From the NCBI RefSeq assembly GCF_009914755.1, contig NC_060937.1: DNA of 64,000 nt; one strand, 5' to 3'. This stretch comes from the human T2T-CHM13v2.0 reference genome, Homo sapiens. A model generated the notes under the pieces. That model had not been told where the DNA came from, searched no databases, and saw only the letters and a list, made by a program, of their open reading frames with translations. Below, piece after piece: positions 1 through 17,671 of the stretch (its first letter is position 1; each line of letters begins with the position of its first letter). The translations under genes and the position numbers were made by a program.

Positions 1-312
1 ATTGATGGACACTTAAGTGGCTTTCACCTATTCACTGTTGTGAATAATGCTGCCATACACACATGGGTGTACAAACATCTATTTGAGTCTGTGCTTTCAG
101 TTCTTTTGAGTGTATACCTCAAAGTGGAATTGCTGGATCACATGGTAATTTTAAGTTTAATTTTTTTGAAGAATCATCATACCATTTTCCACAGTGGCTA
201 AACCATTTTACATTCACACCAGGAATGTACAAGTGTTCCCATTTTAACAGCTCCTCAGCAACACTTGTTATTTTCTGTCTTTTGATAATAGCCATTCTAA
301 TGGGTGAAGTAG
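1..312 (-). mobile_element. Old L1 (L1M) ORF2 3' fragment
   Basis: Antisense L1 motifs (gtggaattgctggatcacatggtaat, gccattctaatgggtg); minus ORF ending LKLPCDPAIPL resembles the L1 ORF2 C-terminus. Confidence 0.8.
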
Positions 313-546
313 TTCCTTCATTTTTTGACTTCATACTTTTCTATTTCCTCTTTGCATGTCAACGGTTTTGTAATATCTTCTATAGAGTGTCAATTCAGTA
401 TTTCTTCTAGCACAGTGGTTGGGATTTATAAATATGTGACTTCACACAGCCATATTCACCATATATAGCACTACTATAGACTTCTGTCCTACAAACTCAG
501 AAATCCTGATAAACACTTGACTTTGACTGTCATAAAAAATAAAAAT

Positions 547-858
547 AGTCCAGGCATGGTAACTCACACCTGTAATCCCAGCACTTTGGAAGGCTTAGGT
601 GAGAGGATCACTTGAGCCTGGGAGTTTAAAACCAGCCTGGGCAACATAGTGAGACCTTGTTTCTACAAAAAAATTTAAAAATTAGCTGGGCATGGTGGCC
701 CGTGCCTGTAGTCCCAGCTACTCAGCAGGCTGAGGCTGGAGCCCAGGAGGTCAAGGCTGCAATGGGCTGTGATCAAGACACTGCACTCCAGCCTGGGAAA
801 CAGAGTGAGACTGTGTCTCAAAGAAAAAAATGATTAAATAAATAAATAAATAAAAATA
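547..858 (+). mobile_element. Alu (AluJ-like) with (TAAA)n tail
   Basis: Dimeric Alu motifs, A-rich linker and tail. Confidence 0.9.
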
Positions 859-979
859 CAATGCATTGGATTTATAATCATTGCGTTATTGAGTATATCC
901 CTGAGGGAGAAACCTTCTGTTTAGACCCAGTGTCATTGAAGACTGGCTTCTCCACTAAAAATGTTACGCCTGTGATTAG

Positions 980-1644
<665 letters not shown>

Positions 1645-2035
1645 TAATTGTGTTTTTGATGAACAAAAGTTCCTAATGTTAATATAGTTCAACTTATCTG
1701 TTTTTTTTTGTTTTTTTTTTTTATGGTTAGGGATTTCAGTGTCCTGTTTAGGAAGAGTTTTCTCTCACCTCAAGACCAGGAAGATATTTTCCTATTTTCT
1801 TCTAGAAACTTTATTCGTTTACCTTTCACATTTAGATGACCAATCCATCTGCAACTGATTTTTGTATATGGTATGAGATGGGGCCAAAATTTATTTTAAA
1901 AAAAGAAATACCAATAGCCAATTTCCCTAATACCAATTATGAAGACCATTTTTTCCTCTGTCCTCTGAGCTTCAAGTTTTGTCATAAATCCAGTTTTGTC
2001 TATGTATGTGTGGATTTATTTCTGGACTCTTTGGG

Positions 2036-2401
<366 letters not shown>

Positions 2402-5400
2402 TAATAAGTCTTGGTTTCCAGTAATGTAGAAACTTCAATTGTAATCTTCTTGATGAATGTCTTACCTATTCTCGGGCTTTTGTATTTCCATATAAATTTT
2501 GGAAACAGATTGTTGATTTCTAAAAAAAGAAAAAAAGCGTTCTGGCATTTTTATTTGGATTATATTGAATCTATAGCTCAGTTTGGAAAATAAGTAATTT
2601 AACTTTTCTAAGTCCTTTTTCTCTTCTGAAAAAAAAAAGAAAAAATGGTGACTGAGCAATTTTTAAACTGGAAAAAATCACTACAGAAATGCTGGATTTT
2701 TATTATAAAATGAGAAGGAACACAGGCAAGGACTGGGGCAAGGTCAGCCTACAGTGGATTTCCAGAAGGTTGGAGTGACTCTGGAATCTGGTTGCCCTCA
2801 GGCGGCACTGGCCCAGGTTGCTGGAGCACGGGCTGTTCGGCTGCCGCTGGTTAGGAGTCAGGCTGGCTTCTAACTCAGAGGCTTGAGTCCAGGAAGAAGA
2901 GGCCGTGGGGTTTTCCTGCACCGTTGTTCCCATCCCATCCCCAGGGGGGCGCCACATTCCTTCTGATGATTGTGTGTTTGCCTTCCTGCATCTTTTTCTT
3001 TGTAGACTGGAAACTGCAGAGCAATCACATTACCTTTATTTTTCAAATGTGTCCACCGTGTGTCAGGCCCAGCTCTGGGTGGATTCACCTCCCCACTTGT
3101 TCTGTACAGAATGGCACACTTGGAGAGAGGACCAGATGTGCCAATGGGGAAAGGGCATCAAGACAGTCCCTCGTGACCCCCCACTGTCTCTAGGGTCCCC
3201 CTTCTGTTCCTTGGAGCACGTCCTGAGCCAACCTAAGGCCATTTGTGTGTTCATGTGACCAGGGCATAAAGGGGACACAACCTTCTTTCTCTGGAGTCAG
3301 CCTGTTTAGCAAACGCGAGGGTCTGACACCTCCTCTCTCCACACTCCCAGCCTCAGCCTGCCAGTTCCAGTGGTTTCTTTCAAAGCTTTCACTGCAGTCC
3401 CCTGAACAAATACTTTTTTCCCAAGAGGCGTTCCCCAGGCTGAAACAAGGGGAAGTAAATGTGACCCCACTGCATTGCCTCCCACAAGTCATTCTGCCTC
3501 CTTCATCCTGTCCTGGTCTTTGTCCTGTCCTGGTCTTCAGGGAGCCCCTGGGAGGGAGACCTGTGTCTGCAGCGGCCAGTGTCTAGCAGAGGTGGTGCCT
3601 CTATCCAAAGCCATGGCCCACTCTCCTGAGTGCGAGTGAGCCCCAAACAAACCTTGGAGAACCTTCCTGCTTTCAGGTGCCCCAGGATCCCTTAGCACTT
3701 CTGCCCATCTAGCCTCCTAGAGGAAGCCCAGTCGGGGGGGGGGTGGGGGAGGGGCGGTAGGGGAGTTAGCACCCTCTTGAGAAAAGAGGCAGGCAGGCAG
3801 CAAAGGAGAGAAGGATGCTAGCTGGAGTCTGTTCAGCCCAGGTGCCTGGGGAGGGTCCTCAGTGTCTGCAGCGGAGTCTGGATGTCCCTGCAATGGGCAG
3901 AGCCCCACATTGGGCAGGGCGGAGCTGGCTTGTTGAGGAGTCCTACCTGCCTCCACCATTCCCTGAGTGCTGAGTGGCGTGTGGGCTTTGTCTGGATGGC
4001 TGAAGGAACAGAACAGTACCTGTGGTATCCTTCTTTATCCCAGCCCCGCTGGACCCGGCCCCTATAAGGCAGTGTGGTAGGTGAACCCCCAGAGGACACC
4101 CTCAGACCCTCTTCTCGTTCCTGGGGGCGGGGGACGTGCTGTAGCCTGACCCCAGGAACATTGGGATTCCTACCTGTCCTATCCCCCCCTCCTGTGGGGG
4201 CAACCAGCCCCAGCTGAGGGGTACCAGATGTGAGAGTCGGAAGCGCACCCTCACCCTCCCTTCCCAGCAGCTGGCTAGAAGGCCTCTCTTAAAAGGCCTG
4301 GGTACCTGGCCGTGGGGTGTGGGGAGGAAGGAAGGGAGTGGGAGAGAATTAGACAAAGGAAGCCCACCATAAAACCAGCAGCAGGTCTGTAATCGTGACA
4401 GCCCTTTGTTTAGAGCCGGTTTAAACAAGTTGTGATCCTTTGGAAGGGGAGGCCATAAACCGAGGGGTGAAATAAAAGTGTTTACAGCAAGGGAGACCCA
4501 GGTGCTGGGGGGTTCGTTTGGCCAGGATCAATGCGGGAGCGGGGCCGGTGCGGCCTGGCCTGGCCTGGGCTTGGAGAATGGGCTTCCTCTTAGTGCCGGG
4601 CGGCTCCAACATCACAGACTCAAGCCCGACGAGGGGCGGCCCTCCCCACCCACACCTGCAGTCGAGGGGCAATCCCACATTCCAACCTGGGGGCACGGGG
4701 CAGGAGCCCGGGTCTGCACCATCTAGAGATTAATTGCCTGGGGCCGCAGAGCTTACAGTCAGCTTCTCTGCTTCTCTACAAATTCCTTCATAATGGACTT
4801 GAGGGAGTTACACTAATAAGAGGGTGTGAGGACAGTTGTTTCTCACAGACATGCCTCTTAGTCCCCACTTATCAGGCTGGGAAAGTTAGGGTTAGGGCCC
4901 GAGGGAGTAATATGGTTATATCTGACATGTCCCCAGCCCTGAGCCCCCCACACCTACCACCATTTCTGTCCTCCGCTCTGTTTAGCAATGCTGAATACAT
5001 AAACATCACACAATCAGTCAGTCATTCCGTAAGTTTAACGAGCACTTCCGGTAGGGCAGACAACCAGGGCAGGGGCCACAGAGGTACAGGACACAGTCTC
5101 TGTCCTGAAAGTAGGGCAGTTTGGGGATGACTAGCAATAATATTCTCAGGACATGTCAGCTGGCATATACTCATGTTTTTAAAATAATTAATGCTCCCCA
5201 AGAATATATGTGTCCATGCAACACGATACCTTTGGAGAATGGCAGTACCAAATAAGACTAACATGGTCCTTGGAAGAATATCGTGCTGATGTCCTCCCCA
5301 CGTAATTTGTTGTTTGTGCTCAGCAGGAAATGTTGCCAGACTTTTCTGCAAAAATTCACACTGAGGTCACACCTATACTAATAAGGAAAATGAGTAGTCA

Positions 5401-6243
5401 GAGGCACAAGACGGATCAGGCCCCTATTCTCCCTTAAGACATTTGTATGGCTCTTTAGCTTGCAACATTTGTGGAAGTGGGGCAACTACGTGGGGGCCTC
5501 TTAAAGAGAAAAGTCCCCATGAAAATGTCCCTTCTGTCGTTCATGTATTCAATTCTTGGATCAGCCTGGCCAGTTAAAGAGATGAGCTTTGTTCTGTAAT
5601 ACCCAATATGTTTTCTTCATTAGGAGAACAGTTCAGAAAATAAGCAAAGATGCCAGTTTCATCTTTAAAATGACTTCATTTTTTATAAATTGATTTCAAA
5701 CACATTCTAGTCTGAGCCTGGCCACTCTGGTGACCTCCCTAGGACCATTTCCTTATTTGTAAAATAATCATATTTATAATCTCTGCATTCCTGCTTCGTT
5801 AATAACAACAACAAAACCCAAATAGGATTCTAAGTAGCATAGTGGCCTGATCAATTGCGCTGGTGGGAATCACATTCCTAATCACACAGTTAGGAAACAT
5901 TTCGCGCCCTCCAGCATTTGGTAATATATACCATTTACTGGTGTAAGAGGCACGGGCCCCTCTGTCTCTTTCAGTGATTGATGCAAATTCTCTACTCTCC
6001 CAAAGCTCAGCTCCCTGGGGGAGAAGTCCTGGAGACTGTCCTTACTGTGCACTGTGAGGTTCAATAGGTGGCAGCAGCCTTTATCTCTGATGGCTGGCAT
6101 CTTGCTGCCTTTGCTGAACCGGTTCCTGTGGGAACCGGTCTCCCCATTGCTCTAAGGCAGGAGTGTGTGTCCTTCAACTGTGATGCTGAGCCATTGCATC
6201 AGGAGCCTCTCAGATACATAGCTGCTGGAGGAGGACCAACCCT

Positions 6244-7078
6244 TGATATGGGGGTGCTGGGAAGGGAAGAGCGTGGTCCCTTTAAATGATACAGAAGGGG
6301 GTAAGGGAAGTGCAGGGTAGAGGAGGGCGTGGTCCCTGGCTAGGGCTCCACCCCCATGGACCTTGGTGAGGACAGGCATTTTTGTTGCATTTCCCAAGAC
6401 CACCCTGGCCGACCTTCCACACCCTTATCCTGGACCTATAAAAACCCGAGACCCTAGCAGGCAGACACACAAGCCGCTGTACGTGGAGAAAAACAAATCG
6501 ATGAAAGAAGACAAGCGGCTGGACATCGAGAGACATCAAGGGGAGCATGCCGGCAGAAGAGCACTCAGACAGATGCTGGCAGGCCATTGACCCGCGGAAG
6601 GAGGCGGAGTTTGGACGGGGCAGTCTGAGGAGAGCCTAGGCCGCCAGGTGGCCCAGCTCCACAAGGAAAACCATCTCCCTTCTGGCTCCCCCGTTTGACG
6701 AGAGGTACTTTTACTCAATAAAGCCTTGCACTCATTCTCCAAGCTCACGTGTGATCGGGTTCTTCCAGTACACCAAGGCAGGAAACCCCAGGATACAGAA
6801 ATCCTTCTGTCCTTGTGATAATATGGAAGGGGATCTAACTGAGCTAACACAAGCTGCCTGCAGACAGCTAAACTCTTAAAAGAGTACCGTGTAACACATG
6901 CCCACTGAGGCTTCAGGAGCTGTAAACATTCACCCCTAGCCACTGCTGTAGGGTTGGAGCCCCACAGCCTGCCCGTCTGTATGCGCCTCTAGAGGTTTGA
7001 GCAGTGCGGCATTGAAAAGGCGAGGCGCACCCTCTATCGCAAGCCTTGCGAGGGGGACAGGGGAACTTTTACGTTTCA
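6244..7078 (+). mobile_element. Solo ERV1 LTR (LTR1-family-like)
   Basis: TG...CA ends, duplicated gcgtggtccct U3 block, TATAAAAA at 6437, AATAAA at 6717; family name from recalled consensus. Confidence 0.75.
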
Positions 7079-7199
7079 GCATCAGGAGAGCCAGCTCAGC
7101 CAGCTCGGAAGATCCTGAGAGAAGCCAGTACATGGAGATCGTGCCCCCCGGGTCCTGAAGGATCTGTTTTATGAGAGGAGAAAACACAGTGCAGGGAAA

Positions 7200-7385
7200 A
7201 GGCATGAACTTTCAGATTTGAGTCAGTTTTGAATCCCATCTCTGCAACTTAGTAATTGGACAAGTTATTTAACATCTCTATACCTCAGTTTTCTCATCTG
7301 CAGAATGGGGATAATAAGTACCCCCTCCCAGGATCTTGTTATGAGGATTACATGAGATGATGTCTATAAAGCTTCCTGGCGTTGT
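7200..7385 (+). mobile_element. MIR SINE
   Basis: MIR core cctcagttttctcatctgcagaatggggataata. Confidence 0.8.
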
Positions 7386-8741
7386 GAGTCCCTCCCTCCC
7401 TCCCTGCCTCCCTTCCTTCTCTCCCTTTCTTCCTTTTTCCCTCCTCCCTTTCTTCCTGTGAAATAAAATTTAGTATCACTCCCCACAAATTCTGAAAAAT
7501 GAATTATAACAAAAATACTAAACCCTGTAGATGAGCCCTTCCTGTGTATGAAACATTTTAAATTCCTTCATCAAAGGAATGCAGTTTCACTGTCCGTATA
7601 CACCGAATGGTGTTGAAGTGGTACTTCCGGTTCATGCACTGGAACAGACAATGGAGGTATAAAAATGAATGGAACGATCATTAAGCACAAGGCAAATGAA
7701 CACAGAAACAGACAATTTCAAAGGCATGATGGATTTTGGGGGAAGACAGTGGAGGGCCCTGCTTGACTTGGAGCAGGAGCTGGGAGAATGGGGTTCTGGT
7801 GAGGTTAGTCTTCCTGAGAAAGTGATGTCTTTTGTAGAAAATAAATCTCTAAACTTTCAAGATATGTCAACTAAGTATCAACAAAATTGATTTAGAAACG
7901 ATTAGTGGTGGATTCAATAGGAATAAGGATTTGCTTTGTATAAGGTCTCCTGACAAACAGCTCCTGGGTGTCTACTCATGAAACTGCACAGATGTGGAGA
8001 TACAATGTATAAAAATGAATAAGAAATGACCTGTTCTCCAAGGAGCTTGTATTCTAACAAGCAAGTGAAAAACACTGTGATCAGCGTAGCTGATTCTCTG
8101 CTAGAAGTGCATAAAAAGTATATTGAAACTGTGGCTTCTCATTTGCAAAGTTCCTAGTTTTCAGCCACTAAATTATTTTAGGGGCCACTCTTTGCAGGTC
8201 CATGTTCCTTTCCCAGCCCTGCATGTAGGTGATTGGAATCTCAGAATTTGCTCTTGGCTGGGCAGCAACAGCCTATCTCTTTGTAAAACGGTTTGCAGTA
8301 ACACTTACCAGAGAAGTGAGGCACTCATCTTACAGAATTCACTGGGGAGTGGGTCCAGGCCAGGCAGTGTTGGGGAGGACTTTAGATAGGGCAAAGGAGA
8401 TGCAGGATCAGAGGCGTCTGGTCAGGTTGGCCACCTCCCCCGACTTCTGCATGCTGATTTCTTTCCTTGAGCCTCCTCCAAGAGTCCCGGCCTGATGGTG
8501 CTTGAGAGGTGGGCTCCAGATGGAAAGAGGGAAAGGAAGAAACCCAACATTTAGTGAGCATCTATTGCAAGCCAGGCACGTTCCATTGAACGGTGACATG
8601 GGCTCTGGAGATGGGCATGGTCCCTCTTACAGTTCGGGGAGCTGGGGCTTGGAGAAACCTGTCCCAAGACCCAGTGAACCTCGGAGCCGAGCCTGAGCTC
8701 CACCTGTGTGCTCCGCATTCTTTGCACACCTGTGCTTCCTA

Positions 8742-9263
<522 letters not shown>

Positions 9264-9769
9264 TCATTCCAGCTCCCTGGGAACTCTGAATCAGAGCCCA
9301 GTGATTGAGCCTGCCTTGCTCATCACAAGATATGCACACATCTGCCGTGATCCACATGGAAAGTGCTTTGATTGAGTGCTGAATGCTGTGACGAGCATTA
9401 GAAATACAACAGGAATTCGGAGGGCCAGAGGTCTGGAGGGCTGGCAAAGCCAGGGGAGCACCTCTTAGGGGAGGCGGGTGTGGATGGCTGCAGAGGAGGG
9501 GTGACAGTCTGAGAATCCTGAATCCTGGAGGCGGCACTCTGATGTGTAGTGTGTGGACCCCAGGAGGCTGGATAGTAAGGAGGACTGCTGGGGAGGAGAT
9601 GAACTGCTAATGGCAAGATGGGGATCCATTTATTAAAGGACCTAAGTCTTCGGTTTGCTATGAGACTTTTGCTTGTGGGTTTGTGACACTTTGTGGTGCT
9701 GGAAGCAGGAGGTGGGCTGTTAGCACAGGAGAGACTGGAGGGAGGAGGCAGCTGGATGTCTACAGACAT

Positions 9770-10084
9770 CTTTTTATTTATTTAATTATTCATTTTTGAG
9801 ACAGTGTCTTGCTCTGTCACCCAGGCTGTAGTGCAGTGAAGTGATCATAGCTCACTGCAGCCTCGAAATCCTGGGTTCAAGTGATCCTCCCATCTCAGCC
9901 TCCTGAGTAGCTGGGACTACAGGTGCACGGCACCAAGCCCAGCTAACTTTTTTGTATTTTTGGTAGAGACAGGGCCTTACTATGTTGCCCAGGCTGGTCT
10001 CAAACTCCAAGGCCCAAAGGATCCTCCTGCCTTGGCCTCTCCCAAAGTGCTGGGATTACAGGCATAAGCCATCACGCCTGGCCT
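9770..10084 (-). mobile_element. Alu (AluJ-like)
   Basis: Antisense Alu motifs. Confidence 0.88.
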
Positions 10085-10818
10085 GCTTTTTCACTTTAGC
10101 CTAAATTCTGTGGCAGGCCATCTACTTGCTTCATTTTAGCCCCTAAGTCTTATGCGATTGGTAACTGGTTGCACCACCAGTGTGCAAAGGGCTGAGGCGC
10201 TGGGGAGGAGGCGAGGGTTGAGGACTGCGCCAGGTGCTAATGCCCATTTCCTGTCGCCTCTGGCTGGCAGCTCCCCTCTGGCCCAGCCGTGTGTGGCCAT
10301 AGGAGGCTGCAGAGGGACGGGCAGGCTGGGGCGCCCAGAGCCCACAGTCTGGTGCTCAAGTCTTTGAGATGCTGCACAGCAACTTTTCTGAGTCTGATTT
10401 TCTGAAAACGTGTAATGTGCATGCTCCAGCTGCAGAAACATCAACAGTGACCCCCCCCTCCCCCCATCTCTCCCTCTTGTTTTTGAAAAGGGATAGAAAA
10501 TAAAAGAAAAGGGGATGTTCGCTTTCTGCTGGGTGACTTGGAAATAGAGCTCAGAGCTATGGTCTCTTAAGATAGATTTACAAACAGATGCTGGCGCATC
10601 TGAGCAGAAGAGTTCTGATTTCACTTTGGCTTCTCAGTGACATGTTCTAAGGAGAAACAGAGATGCAGAGAGGAACAGGCAGAGGCACACAGCAGAGGCT
10701 ACACAGGCCTCAGGTTTGTGGAAGACACTTGAACGCTGCTCTGTTGTGGGTATGTGCCCTGAGCCCTCCTCACACAGAACCACGTTGCAGGAGCCAGGAG
10801 TGAGAGGGACATGGAAGC

Positions 10819-10820
<2 letters not shown>

Positions 10821-10852
<32 letters not shown>
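10821..10852. repeat. (GA)n microsatellite
   Basis: Direct observation. Confidence 0.95.
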
Positions 10853-10856
<4 letters not shown>

Positions 10857-12040
10857 GGGAGCATGGGAGAGGGAGAGGGAAGGTTTAGAGAGGGGGAGGG
10901 GAGAGTTGTAGACGGGAATGGATGGGATGCAGAGAGAGAAAGTGCAGATAAAAACAAAAATTGTCCTTTTGCATCTTTTTATTCTCCAGGCAAGTTTGAC
11001 CTACTTTGCCTCCTCTGTCATCTGCTTTGGTATCTAAATAAGGCTTCCCAGCCACTGAGTTCAGATTACTATCCAGTTATTTGAAGATCTGTTATCTCCT
11101 GACGGGGAGATGCTAACTGTCTTCCCATTCTTCACACCCTGCCACACCTCACAGCCCTTGGCCCTCTCCTTTGCTTAACATACACTCATCTGTGTGAGGG
11201 CCAGGGACTTGCTGGGTGGCCAGGGAGTCTGCTGCCTCCAACCCATGGAAGTGTGCAGACCATCCTGTTATTCCTGTTCCTAATCTCCTAGGCCTCAGCA
11301 ATTACTACTGCCTGCCTTGCTGGAGTTATCAAGAGGCTAGATAGTCTTCAACAGAGAGCATAGTATAATGACCCCCATGTACCCGTCCCCAACTCCAGTT
11401 GTCAGCTCATGGCCAAGTTTGTTTCCCCACCCCGATTATTTTGAAATACATTTTATTCAAAATATATTTTATTATTATTATGAATTATAACCCATATAGC
11501 TCATCATCGATAAATATTTCAATAAGTATTTCTAAATCCTAAAACTAAAAAATATAACCACAGTATTATCTCATCTAAAACATTAACCATAACCCCTCAA
11601 TATCATTCAATTATCCAGTCAATGTTCACATTTCTTTAATTGCCTATTGCCATTAATTATTTTAAAGTTTACCTGTTTGAATTGAGATCCACAGAAGGTC
11701 TGTGCATTGGGATATGTCTCTTGAGTATCTTTTAATCTATGTAGATACCTGCCCCCCTCCCTCAGAAACTGAATTATTTCTCCTGCAGCGCTGCCTATAG
11801 GCTAAGTTTTGCTGCTGAAATTCCTCTAGGGGCCTTTAACGTGTGCCCTGTCCCTTGTATTCCCAGAACTAGAGGCTTGGTCAGGTGTGTGTCTGCAAGA
11901 TTGCTTCATGGGTGGTGTACATCCTTAATGGAAGTACACAATGACTACTTTTCTCCCCTTGTGTAATGTTACTAGCTATTGATGGGCACTGCCTAGGGCT
12001 ATTCATTTATTTGGATTGCAAAACGATGATATTCTAATTC

Positions 12041-12346
12041 TTTCTTTTTTCTTTTTCTTTTTTTTTTTTTTTTTTTTTGAGACAAAATCTCACTCTGTCG
12101 CCCAGGCTGGAGTGCAGTGGTGCCATCTCCACTCACTGTAACCTTCAAGCGATTCTTGGGCCTCAGCCTCCCAAGTAGCTGGGATTACGGGCGCCCACTA
12201 CCACGCCCAGCTAATTTTTGTATTTTTAATAGAGACAGGGTTTCACTATGTTGGCCAGGCAGGTCTTGAACTCCTAACCTCAAGTGATCTGCCCACCTCA
12301 GCCTCCCAAAGTACTGGGATTACAGGCGTGAGGCACCGCACCCAGA
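12041..12346 (-). mobile_element. Alu with small internal deletion
   Basis: Antisense Alu; TSD ttctaattct. Confidence 0.9.
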
Positions 12347-12629
12347 CTTCTAATTCTAGCAATCCTTCTGTATCTATGAGCAATACTGTATACTACAAAG
12401 CAAAGCTTCCCTCATCAACTCGTTGGTTACCCTGAGGTCCAGATCTTATAGAAAATAAAGAACAAATGCCTAATTTTTTCCCCTTGATTTACCAGTTCAA
12501 AAATAAAGATTCGGTTCCTTAAAATCCTCCAAAGTTATCAGATAAGCTGCTGTTATGTTGTGGTGGTGTTTGTATTACTGTGAACTTGGGGACTTAAACA
12601 TCTTTGGCCTCTTCAAGCTTGGCTCCAAG

Positions 12630-12631
<2 letters not shown>

Positions 12632-12662
<31 letters not shown>

Positions 12663-12864
12663 AGATGGAGTCTTGCTCTGTCACCAGGCTGGAGTGCAGT
12701 GGTGCAGTGGCGCAATCTTGACTAACTGCAACCTCTGCCTTCCGGGTTCAAGCAATTCTCCTGCCTCAGCCTCCCCAGTAGCTAATCTACTGCAGTGCTA
12801 CCACGCCCCGCTAAGTTTTGTATTTTTTAAGTAGAGATGAGGTTCCACCATGTTGGTCAGGATG
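12632..12864 (-). mobile_element. 5'-truncated Alu
   Basis: Poly-T plus antisense Alu; TSD gcttggctccaagtcttt at 12617 and 12865. Confidence 0.9.
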
Positions 12865-13801
12865 GCTTGGCTCCAAGTCTTTGGCGCCACCCGAGTAGCC
12901 TTGAGAGCTTGCTTGCTTTCTGGTATGAGAAAATATGGTACTTTTTCTGCCCCAGACATGCAGTGGGCTGTTTCTCCAGGGACTCCTTGTTGCTTTTCAT
13001 GGGAAATGCTGTATAGAGATCATGATCTGGGTACCGGGAGTGTTAATGATCCCCAGGGGGATCATCTTTTCTAGGCCTTTTCTGTGAACAGATGTAGAAA
13101 ATATGTATACTTTATTAAAGATAGAACTCGCCATAAAGTATTATTCTGATACTTCAATGCAAACCCAGTATTACAAGGACTGTACTTAACTTCATTAGTC
13201 TTACACCCTATCTCCTTTCAATCACAGAGAAAAGTTCTCAAAGACATGAGCACAATTACTCATTTGATTTGTCCCACAAATACACAGACAACAGTCTCAG
13301 AACAACAATATCTGTGTGCCCATCAACAACATGATTACTGAAAGCCATGGAAGGCTCTGGTTGCAGCTCTTTTTGTCCTCAGGGTATATCCCACTGAGCA
13401 GGGACAGTCAAGTGACAGTGCTTTCAAGTCAATTGCAATGATTCCTGCCTGGGTGGGGACACATTTGGGTCCATTTGTTTCCTTTTCCTTTTAATTTTTA
13501 GAAATTGCTTCTTGATTTAATTTTGTTTTGTAATTATGTAGAATACTTACTGGCTCCAAAATAAACTCTATAAAATTTGGTATAGGAAAAAAGTTCATCC
13601 CATGGATTGTACAGAGTATGAAAGGAAAAAAACAAAAAAGAAAAAGGTCCACCTTTTTTCCTGGCATCTTTGATCTTATTCTTTTCTTCTATTAGCAAGA
13701 GTTAAAAAAAATTATGGCTTATTCTTCCATTTCTAAATATTTGTATATACTTTTATGAGGGCTTTATTGAGATATAATTTACATACCATAAAATTCATCC
13801 T

Positions 13802-14161
<360 letters not shown>

Positions 14162-15036
14162 TTACTTTTTGCACTAACAATAAATCCTAGACATTCCTCC
14201 CTATCAGTAGAGCTCTCCTTCATTCATTTGCACAGCTGCATTGCATAAAAGTACCATAAGAAGTATCACAATTTATTCAACCAGTCCCCTACTGATGGAC
14301 ATTTGGATCATTTTCACATTTTTGCCATTACAAATAATGCTGATGTATTTTCATGTTTTGGTCAATGTACCTTTGGGATAGATTTGTACAAGAGGAATTG
14401 CTGAGTCAAACGGTGTCTGCGCAGGGCAAGGAAGAAAGGACTCTTGAGTAATGAGGGGAAATGACATTACTTTTATTGCAAGTGCAGCCTCTAGAGGCCT
14501 CTATGGATTTGCCCTGTTCTAGGCAGCAGGGGAGGCCTTTTCAAGAATCAGATTATCCCAGCTATCAGCCAGTGAATGGTTCATTTAAGATGCATTCATA
14601 GATTTTACATTCATTAATATAATACATAGCCTTTGCATGATACATCTTTACAAAAGAGTTGTGTATCAGGCATGTGGTGCTGCGTTTAGAAATGAGAATA
14701 AGTTACAGAAATGCAAGTAACAATTCCACATATTCTCAACATCAGCAATGGAATAACTCTGAGGCAGGAGACACGGGGACTGGAAGTACTTAAACGTCAC
14801 TGCATACCTGCTACCGTGCTGGTGGCTTTGACATGTACTCTCGTATACTCCTACTGCCAATACCTCCTAGAAAGCATGCACAAACACCAAGCGATGGACC
14901 ACTCTCTCCTCATTTTACAGATGAGGAAACTGGGACTCAGAGGGGTGAAGTAACCTGAGCAAAGTGAGTGGCAGAACCAGGGGAAAGGTAAAAATTATAA
15001 TAAAAATGCAAATTGTGATAATAGACATGATGTTAT

Positions 15037-15347
<311 letters not shown>

Positions 15348-15399
15348 CTAATATATTTGTTATAAATCAAGACTAAGCACTTAGCCTAAGTAAAACAAA

Positions 15400-16590
<1,191 letters not shown>

Positions 16591-16959
16591 GGGCCGTTTT
16601 TGGTAAACGACTTAGCTTGCCTATTTGTCATTTTCCTGACTTCACCAGATTTCTACAGTTTATTCTTTGAACATCGTGTGTCTTTGATCAAAGGTTAATT
16701 TAAGGCTTTGGTCTTAGAAGGCCTGATGAGCAGATTGAGGAAAACCCCTATCGTCGTCCAAAGGTTCAGGTCAGCCACAGTCTTCACAGTTAAGGTCTAG
16801 AGCAATGAGCAATATCTACATGTGAACATTTTCATGTGTTTCTTTGTCTTTAATTAATTAATTAATTTTTTTTTTTTAGAAATGAGGTCTTGGTATGTTT
16901 CTCAGGCTGATGTCTTTCTAATGCAGGAGTTCTGATTTTTTTGGTCTTTGGGCCTCTTT

Positions 16960-17671
<712 letters not shown>

